From assembly GCA_965112735.1 (NCBI GenBank), contig OZ218959.1:496001-560000 (forward strand): DNA of 64,000 nucleotides. Direction: 5' to 3'. Source of the stretch: Phaeosaccion multiseriatum (Eukaryota; Protista; Ochrophyta, other classes). A model generated the notes under the pieces. It did no database searches. It was not told the DNA's origin and saw only the letters and a program-made list of their open reading frames with translations. A program made the translations under genes and the position numbers. Positions within the stretch are counted from its first letter, which is position 1. Every line of letters begins with the position of its first letter. This document shows positions 11,750 through 21,185 of the stretch, piece after piece.

Positions 11750-14063
11750 TCAGCGCGACGGGAGGGTAATGCCAGCATTGACTTGCTCCATCAACGCCAC
11801 GGCAGGCTCCACCTTCTTGGACAGCGTTCTGCGGTCGTAACTGCTCCTCTGCACCTGCACACTGTGCCCCATAAAGAGGGCCAGGGCCTCGAGCTGCTGC
11901 TCCGAGGCGTCGGAAGACTCGCGAATGTGCGTCACAATCATGTCTCGCAGGAGATGCGGGTTGGTCCGCTTTCCGGTGTATTTGTGGCACGTTCTGCCCA
12001 CAGATTGGTACACGGAATCCTGACTGAGGGGCTTCGCCGCGCGAACCTGGTGAGTGAGAGAGTGGGCGAGTGAGTGAGTGAGTGAGGGAGAGAGTGACTT
12101 GAGTGAGTGCGTGAGTGAGTGAGTGAGTGAGTGGGGTAAGTGAGTGCGTGAGTGAGTGAGTGAGTGAGTGAGTGAGGAAGGGTTGGAGTGACTTGACAAG
12201 TGGACGAGTGAGTGAGTGAGGGAGGGAGTGACCTGAGTGAGTGAGGGAGTGGGGTAAATGAGTGCGTGAGTGAGATGCGTGAGTGAGTGAGGGAGGGAGG
12301 TAACGAAGGAGTGACTTGAGTGAGTAAGTGAGTGAGTGGGGTAAGTGAGAGTGCGTCAGTGAGTGAGAGAGAGAGAAATTCAGATGAGTGTCAGCCACTG
12401 AGTGAGTGAGTCAGTGAGTGAGAGGAATTGAGGTGAGCGTCAGTGAGTGACTGAGTGCGTTGGTGAGCAGTAGCAGCCGCCGCCGCTCCCGCAGTGGTAC
12501 CATCACCACTCCCCCCGGGAAAGACCCACCTGTAGAAACAGATGCTTGTACGACCCGCCTCGCAACAAGAAAGGCCGCCATTGCTCAATGAACTCATCAA
12601 TCTCCGCTGTCATCAAAGCCGGCAGCTGCAGAGGAGGGCGTTCTCCGTAAGTCTTTCCAGTCTTGTAATCGTCTGGGGAGTGCTTTATACACCACTGCCC
12701 GTCATTCTTGACGAAAGAGGTGCCGATTTCCAGCTCACGAATGGTCCGTTGTCGATCAGGAACACTGCTAAAGAAGGCCACAATGAGGTACTTTTGAAAC
12801 GCCGTGGCGATGCCTCGTTGCCGGACTTCTTTGCGCTGTCTTTGACTTGCGGTGGTGGCGGGCTCCTCGGCAAGGTCAGCATCAATGAGGGCCCTGACCT
12901 CTTGCCGAGCCCTCTGCACCACGTCGAGATACTCCGGCCAGGACAGCCACTTGAGGGCCTCATCGCTGACTCGGGGTGCCACTGCCTGCCTGCGATTGGC
13001 CTCTCTGTGCAGCTTGCGCAGCTCCCGCAGCACGGGGATGTCGTCAAAGCTCTTGTCGTCTTCCGAGACACTCTCTTTCCGAAAGCGGAACTTGAGCATC
13101 TTGCCCAGGCCCCTCAAGAGATTCGCTTCGTACGACACGGAGATGTTCCGCGTGGATCGGAGCCATATCAAAAAGGCGAAGACGACCTCTGCAGACTGCT
13201 TCTCTTTGCTGGGGAAGATTTCATACAAAGACAGGTCCGCCTCGTCGAAGGGAGCTTGCCGCTCGGGGAGGAAATAGTTCCAGTACCAGCCGAGGAACAA
13301 CTTCGCGTGCCGAATGTAAGTGTTGGCTGTCGCAGCTCGGATGGGCGTTTCGCCTTGTGAGTCTGTCGAAGAGACTGTCATGAAGCGAAAGAAGTCCTGC
13401 AGCTCCCTCCCGATGACGGGGAAAACTTGCTCGTAGTTTCGAGGCAGCCCGTAGTCCAGACCACTCCGCCGTCTTGCCGATTCATCGACAACTACTGACT
13501 TGTACTGCGGTCGGAGCGAGCCATCCTCGTCGTCTACTGCTGCTGGTGGGGTTGGGTGTTGTGCAAAGTCCCTCTCGAGCGTGTGTTGTAGTGCCGCTCT
13601 CGTTTGGTGCGCTGTGAGGGGCGAAACCCCAAAGTCCTGAATCAGAAACGTCGACACCGCGGCACTGTTTTCCTCTGGGAAGTCCTTGGTGACTTGTCTC
13701 AGCGTCAGCGAACTGCTGTTCTCCCACAAGCCAGCATCGCCCAACTGAGAGATGATCTGGTCCTGTTGTGCCGCAGAATATCCCAGTTGCTCCATTGCAC
13801 GCAGGAACGGGTCCTTCGGACCACCCTTGTCTGCTGCAGCATAGGAACGCAATGGCGCTACCGCTGGTTTGAAGCAGTGGACTCCTGGTCCTCCATGACG
13901 AGGACCGCCCTGAAACACCAGAGCGCTGGAGGGTCGCGCCCAAGTGGTGGTGGTGGTGGTTGTGGCAGGGGTGTAGCTTCGCACGCCGAAAGGATTGCAC
14001 CAGGCCACACACCTGCCCACAAGAGAGAGCGTGGAGAAGCACAATTAGACCAACGAGAAGCAT
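11750..14063 (-). CDS. Tyrosine recombinase (phage-integrase fold) of ~575 aa with a putative bipartite plastid-targeting presequence; exons 14063-14013, 13909-12530, 12046-11750
   Basis: Catalytic residues appear in canonical order: R (VPDRQR, 12752-12754), K (DYKTGKTYG, 12662-12664), HxxR (PHLLR, 11956-11945), H (MGHS, 11864-11866), Y (SSYDRR, 11837-11839). Both introns are phase-0 GT-AG (14012-13910, 12529-12047). Exon 1 is less certain than exons 2-3. Confidence 0.85.
12047..12460. repeat. Degenerate (GAGT)n/(ACTC)n tetranucleotide array filling intron 2 of the recombinase gene
   Basis: GTGAGTGAGT is visibly reiterated. Confidence 0.9.
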
Positions 14064-14497
14064 ACTTTACACACCACATCCTTACTCACATTCTCACTCT
14101 CATGATCAAGCCTGTGCACCTGCTCGTCATCAGAGCAGCCCCCCATTCACAACCATGGGAACCGGCTTAAAAGGTGCTTGTCGACTGGAAGGAGGATCAG
14201 CTCGAGAATTGTTTAGATGGCTGGAGGAGGGAGTTGGAGGAGAGGGAGGACTTTACTACTTGGAGGAGAGGGACCAAAGAGGATCGGAGAGCAAGCCATT
14301 TGAGGATCGTATCACCAATGAGGGAAGGCAGGGGGTTACTTTTAGACAATCATGAGCGGGCTGTTTGCGTCATTCGGCGGCGTCTAGCCGTTGCGCTCCA
14401 GCGGGCTCGATATGATAGATCGATTCGCCATAGGATCCTGGCTGGCATAAACTCGGGGACTAAGTCCCGGGGCGGTGAGACATTACTTTTAGACAAT

Positions 14498-14521
14498 CAT
14501 AGATGGCACTTAAGGGTGTAA
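14498..14521 (+). repeat. Right arm of the 24-bp inverted repeat (CATAGATGGCACTTAAGGGTGTAA)
   Basis: Exact reverse complement of 11379-11402. It is surrounded by partial direct repeats (about 14336-14352 and 14529-14548). Confidence 0.95.
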
Positions 14522-14774
14522 TATATAACAATCATAAATGGCATTTAATTACTCAAATGCACCATGTGGCGCCCTTTGAGAGAGAGAGGGCCTATCTAAT
14601 CGCGGCGCTTGGTGGTTGGGTGTTTGGGGTCTCTGCTCGATATCCGATACCACCACGCACGTTTCCAGTCAAGAGCGTGGCCTTATCAAGGGCAATATCT
14701 GGGAGCAAGAGAGGAGGGGCTCTCCTAAGAGAAGCTATGTATATACTTACAGTTGTCATTGGAAGCGGTGCTTC

Positions 14775-15824
14775 TCAGTAAAGGTAGACGGCATACGCTG
14801 TTGCTACTGCAAAGATACTGTCGTTGACGAATGTCTCGGAGGCGTAGTTGTCCGTGTCACTGTCCCAGAAGCAGCGGCACCCCATACGCACACCCTCACC
14901 CCTCTGCTCTCCTACCAACACCTGCACTACATACTTGTACCTCGGGAGGCTCAGACCTGCGCGTGGGGTGCATAGGACGACATGGAGAATGGAGACAAGA
15001 AAGACAAGGCGCCGTTAAGGAAGCCCTTCCTCTCCCAGAAGGCAGCAGAAGGCAACAGAGTGCGAGAGGTATGGTGAGGCGCGCGGTGGGGGGGGGTGGG
15101 CTTTATCGGAGTGACTTCCTGCCTCATCCGAGTCCCCTTCATCCACCACGCGTCCCGTTAACGCAGCAAAGTAAGCGAACATCCCAACTCAATTGAGGTC
15201 CACTGCCTCAGCTCTCGAGGCCGTACACTCTCGCCAGAGCCTGTTTGGCCCCTGGCAGACAAGGCAACCCGCTACCTCTGGCAATGAGGCCTCCTTACAA
15301 TGCAAGCCAAGCTACCTGCATTTGCCACAGAGTAGACCCCAGTTCTGTATTTGTGTGAACAAAAGACACCTTCCAGCACCCGTGGTCTCACCTTTTAGCT
15401 TGTCTTTGATGTCGTCCGCTATCGTCTTGGTAATTTGAACGGCCTGCACGCGGTGAATGTGCGTGAGGATGCAGGGTACAGGCAGCAGGGGATAAATATG
15501 GATGGTGAGGGTAAGGGTGGAGGGTAGCCCGTCGCTGGAAAGGGCAAGGACAGGACCGAGCCGGGCTGGAGCAACGACGGCAGCCCCTTCCCCCCTTCCC
15601 GCGGGTGGGAGTTCGCACACCATGTTGAATGCCTTCTTCACTCCAATACGTGGGGGAAGTGGTGTTTCCATCTCACGTACCTGATCTGCATTGTAGCTTT
15701 GTCCTTGTAACTCCGTCTCCAGCACACCCTTGACGATCTCCCTCATGACATTGACGCTGGCCTTTTGCCGGTAGTTGGGCCGAAGCTGGTAGCTCGCCTC
15801 TCCCTCGAGACCGTCGCTAGTCAT
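14775..15824 (-). CDS. Tctex1-domain dynein light chain (Tctex2b/TCTEX1D2-like), 125 aa; exons 15824-15681, 15443-15392, 14956-14775
   Basis: Spliced product MTSDG..YQLRPNY..ETELQGQSYNADQ|AVQITKTIADDIKDKLK|GLSLPRYKYVVQVLVGEQRGEGVRMGCRCFWDSDTDNYASETFVNDSIFAVATAYAVYLY* has the typical Tctex signature. Exon lengths sum to 378 nt. Confidence 0.93.
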
Positions 15825-16176
15825 GCTATTGTGCTGCTATAGTCTGTTTTTTGCGTGTACGTCTGCTGTCGGTATCCTCCCTCTTTCCCTCTTTCCCCAA
15901 CTTCTTTCAAGTCCTTTTTGACCACCTCCTTGCTCCTGAGCGGTGGATTGTGGCCTCTTCAGGGCTGTGAATCCCTCCTGCACACACACGTAGCAGCAGA
16001 GAACGGAGAGCCTTACCTCTTGTTGCAGGAGATATGGTGGCCCGGTATCGGTGTCCGGTACAGTAAGGCAACGATTCATAACGGATCATGCCCCCAAACT
16101 TTTGAAAAAGTGAGGGGCACCAGTGAGGACGGGAGCATCTCCCACAGAGGCTTTGTGTGTGGTCCGAGTCTGGAAA

Positions 16177-19022
16177 ATGCCTCCACCGCACACGCTCACC
16201 GACCCGGCGAAGCTTCTGCTGCTGGCCTCGCTGCTGGCCAAAGACCGCATCATCACTTTCAATGGCAAGGCGCTGCTAAAGGAGCTCGTGCTGCAGAGTG
16301 ATCCCCGCCTGTTCAAGCTGCTCCAGGCCTTCGAGGAGCAGGACCAGGGGGACTCGGTCTTCCTCGACGGAATACAGAGCCTCATCGGTAAGTCAGCGCC
16401 CCGTTTGGTGCTGGCCTCGCCTCTGGCGCGGAGCTGTTGTCTCAGCAGCGGACATAAATTTCCTCGAGTGGTACCTCCCCTCACTCTCGCTCTCTCCCTC
16501 TGCCCCTCTCTCCCTCTCATCTCCCTCTCCCTCCTTCTTCCTCCCTCTGATCTCGTTCTCTCTCTTTCCTTCTACCTCCGTCTCCTTCTCTCCGTCTCTC
16601 TCTGTCTCTCCCGCCATCCCTCTGCCTCTCCCTCTCCCTCTCTCTCTCCATCCCTCTCTCTGTCTCTCTCCCTCTCCCCCCCCCCCCTCCCCCCTCCCGC
16701 GCCCCCTTACCCACAGAGGAGCAAAGTGGAACCATATACAACTCCATGTTCGAGGAGTGCTCTCTCGAGGTGAGCAAGTCGCTCTCCAAGGCGGAGCGCG
16801 AGGAGAGAGGCCTGACGCTGGAGAAGAGCCTCATATATGGAGAAGTGGACTTTATATCCTTTTCCCGGGTGCTCCGAAGGATTGTTCCTCGGCCGGGGGG
16901 CGTCTTTTACGACTTGGGTAGCGGCACCGGCAAGGCTCTCTTTGTGGTGAGTCAGTCCCTGGCTGAGGGAGGGGGCGAGAGATACCAGCTCTGCAGAACG
17001 GCTCCTCCTCCTCCTCCTCCTCCTCCTCCTCCTCCTCCTCCTCCTCCTCCTCCTCCTCCTCCTCCTCCTCCTCCTCCTCCTCCTCCTCCTCCTTTTCAGA
17101 AGAGACCTCATGCACACCTTCCCTCCCCCTCCCTCCCACGCACACAGGCGCGCTTGACGCAGGACTTTGATCGGTGTGTAGGGATTGAGATTCTGGACTC
17201 TCTGCACAAGGCGGCCGAGCAAGTGGTGGTGGGCTTTGAGCAAAGCTTTAGACACCTCCTCGACAGCACGCAGACACAGCACGTGCAGGTGGTGCATCAC
17301 TCCATTCTGGAGTATGATTGGAGCGACGGGGACCTTGTCTTCGCAAACAGCACGTGCTTCGACGACGGCCTCATGAAGAAGCTGGGAGAGAGGTGAGGAG
17401 CGGAGAGAGTGGGTAGAGGTGAGGGGGGAGGGTTGAGGGTTGTCGCTATGGCCGGTGGGCCTCCTTCAAAACAGTTGAGTCCCCGACCTCGTACCTCTCG
17501 TTCCCCAGGAGGCCCTCCTGCGTGCGCCTCCATTGCCCTCCGCACTTGCCCTCTCTCTGCCCTCCTCTCCTGAATCCTCCCTCTTCGCTTGCTTCTTCCA
17601 TCTTCCCTCTCCTTCCCCCACTCCTGCTTCCCTCACCCCCGTGTCGCGGCTCCATCAGGGCCGAGGCACTGAAGCCTGGCGCGTACTTCATCACCTTCAC
17701 CAAGGGGTTACAGTCTCAGGCCTTTCAAGTCTTGGACAAGAAAAGGTGCGGACACGTGTGTGTGTGTATGTGTGTGTGCGTGTGTGTATGTGTGTGTGTG
17801 TGCGTGCTTGCGTGTGTGTATGAGTATGTGTGTATGAGTGTGTGTGTGTGTGTGCGTGCTTGCGTGTGTGTATGAGTGTGTGCGTACGGTCAAACAACGA
17901 TGTAGCGCCTCGGCGTGCATCAGAGGCCCTCTCCTCGTCCATCCCCCGGGGGGTGTGGCAGCCATCGATAGTACCCTGCCCTGACGGTCTCTCCGTCCGC
18001 CCTCCTCTCCCCTCCTCTCCCCTCCCCTCCCCTCCCCTCTCAGATACAAGATGAGCTGGGGGCCTGCCACGGTGTTTATCCACAGAAGGCTGAAGCACAA
18101 CGGATCGCCGGTGGACGGGAAGCAAGTGTTGGTGGACGAGGGCCTGAGGAAGCGTCGTAAATCACCAACTGCTGAGCGGCTGTCTCCAATTCTGAGCGTC
18201 GGTGGAGATAGCACACAGGGAGAAGAGGATTACGATGAAGAGCAAGGCCAGGCTGACGTCGACGACGACGAGGAGGAGGAGGAGGAGGAGGAGGAGGATG
18301 AGGAGGAGGATGAGGAGGAGGAGGAGGAGGAGGAGGAGGAGGAGAAGGAGGAGGATGAGGAGGAGGAGGAGGAGGAGGAGGAGGAGGAGGAGGAGGAGGA
18401 GGAGGAGGAGGAGGAGGAGGAGGAGGAGGAGGAGGAGGAGGATGGAGACGTGTACGCGTCAGAGGCTGGAGGTGCGTCGCTGGCGGAGAGCTGGGAAGAA
18501 GGCCGCAACGGCTCTTCGTCCTCTTCAACGACCAGCGTCTACGGCAGAAGGGCTTCGGGCTCGCATAAGCGGAGTCGGGATGAGATAGAGGGTGACTCCG
18601 ACGACGATTCCGACTACGACTACGACGGTTACGACGGATACGGCAATGGTGCAGCCGAAGGAGGGGAAGAGGACGTGGACGAGAGCGACGATTCTTCTGT
18701 GGAAGCGGATCTAGGAGACCTCGAGATACGAGAGAGTCAACAGGGGAGCTCTCTCCAGACTGGCGGCCTGGTGCTTCCTCCCTTCGGCGCCAACCAAGCG
18801 TACGAGATGTACAAGCGCGAAGAAAGCAGCCCGTTCGATTCCCCTCAAGGAGCCGCGCTGCTCAAGAGAAAGGCCCTAAGGAGGTCGCAGGACGGAGGCC
18901 TCGCACAACCGCCTGGGCAGTTGGTGGTACAGCAGGGCGAGAGGGAGGGGGGAGAGGACGGAGAGGGCGGGGCGCTGGACCCCGGGGAGGTGGAGCTAGA
19001 GGTGAGCAGCTTCCAAAGATGA
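16177..19022 (+). CDS. DOT1-like class I SAM-dependent methyltransferase with an acidic C-terminal tail; exons 16177-16387, 16717-16946, 17148-17392, 17659-17745, 18044-19022
   Basis: Motifs LIYGEV, FYDLGSGTGK, CVGIEI, LVFANSTCF and LKPGAYFITF match the DOT1-domain pattern. All introns are GT-AG and phase-consistent. Confidence 0.82.
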
Positions 19023-19432
19023 GTGGCAGGAGGAGCAGGATTAGAGCTACACGAGGGAAAGAGAGGAGTCGATTTGATTCATTTCAGCCCTCTCGACGCA
19101 GTAAGCGGGACTCTGCCAATACACGACGTACTTGATCCATGGCCGTGGCTGTGTGCAGCGTGGGTGTCTGTGCCACTTCCGACTCGTAGAAAGTGCGTGC
19201 GACTGACACGTGTCCGCCTTCCCCCCTCGGGTTGTGATTTTGGTCTCTTCCCCTGCCCGCAAGCGTGCGCGCGGTTGTTGTTTCTACCCTGAACGCCTGC
19301 GTGGCTGGGTCCAGGCCCCCCTCTCTCTCTGTGTGCAAGAAAGGGAGGTCTCTGAGCTGACTTGTCTGTGAGTCAAGCAACCCAAAGGCCAAAGGCGTCT
19401 TCCATCCTCGAAGCAAGCAAGAGGGCTGCAAC

Positions 19433-19498
19433 GCCGCCGAATCCCTCCTCCCTGCCACTGTTCCTCCAACCACACCGCACCCCGCACTCCCTCCCTCC
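19433..19498 (+). repeat. 66-bp dispersed repeat, copy 1
   Basis: 62/66 identical to the reverse complement of 43861-43926. Confidence 0.9.
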
Positions 19499-19867
19499 CC
19501 AGGGCGCAAACAGCGTAGTGTACGGCTTCGCCCCTTCCGATGGACCTGCCCCTGCACCACCATCCTCACCCTTGCTCCTACCCAAGCCTCCTCCACCCCC
19601 TAATATCCCACCAGCAACCCTCCAATCGCCCCACTCTCTGGGCACAGCCACTCTTACCTTCCACCCACCACTCCCCCCCTACTACCCTTCGCGCCCGTCC
19701 TTCCTCTCTCCCCCTCACCGCCCTCTCCACCGCTCCACACACCTCTCCTCCATCCACCCCCTCAGCAGCCACTTACTCCACTCCACAAAGCCTTTCACCA
19801 TACGCACTTCACCCCAGTTAGTACTCACCTCAAGCGACCGAACATCCATTCGCTCTACTATAAATGT

Positions 19868-20659
<792 letters not shown>

Positions 20660-21185
20660 AACCACAGAGAGACCGCACGTTTTCCCGCCGCTTTCGGCAA
20701 AATCGTTGAATTAAGTTTCGGATTCATGTTGGTAGATCCATCGTCCCGGGAAAAAGTCGAAAAGAGCCCGCGCTGACGAGCTTCCCCTGAGCCCCCCCTA
20801 CCACAAAAAACCACACACAGGAGGGCCGCAGTCCACACCGCACCCTGCATGCTGACCTTGAGCACAAACGGGATGCGCTGTGTGGTGAAGCTCTGAGCAG
20901 TCAGTTTCAGTTTTCAGTTTCTTTGGCATTAAGTCGATATCGAGAATGCATAAAGCCACCGACGAGAAGTAACGGAAATTGAAATTGAGGAAATCGTTGC
21001 TTGACCTTTTCCTTCTCCCCTCAGCCTTATCTGAGCCACGTGGAGTACTATTATTGCTTTTCCTGGAGCTACTCTCTACATCTCCTACAACTCCACTATT
21101 ACATTTCCAAACCTGACGCCGCACTTAGTCGGACGATTGCCAAAAACACAACCCCCACGCGTTTCTTTCTGGTTTAGTCAACACG

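Noticed and set aside
13482-14063. 193-aa ORF overlapping the recombinase as a separate gene
   Set aside because: Only its first 17 codons look functional (signal peptide, exon 1); the rest is an out-of-frame read-through of the intron and exon 2.
11750-14063. DIRS retroelement, Polinton-like virus or prophage around the recombinase
   Set aside because: No RT/RNase H, gag, capsid, packaging ATPase or polB nearby; the neighbours are ordinary host genes.
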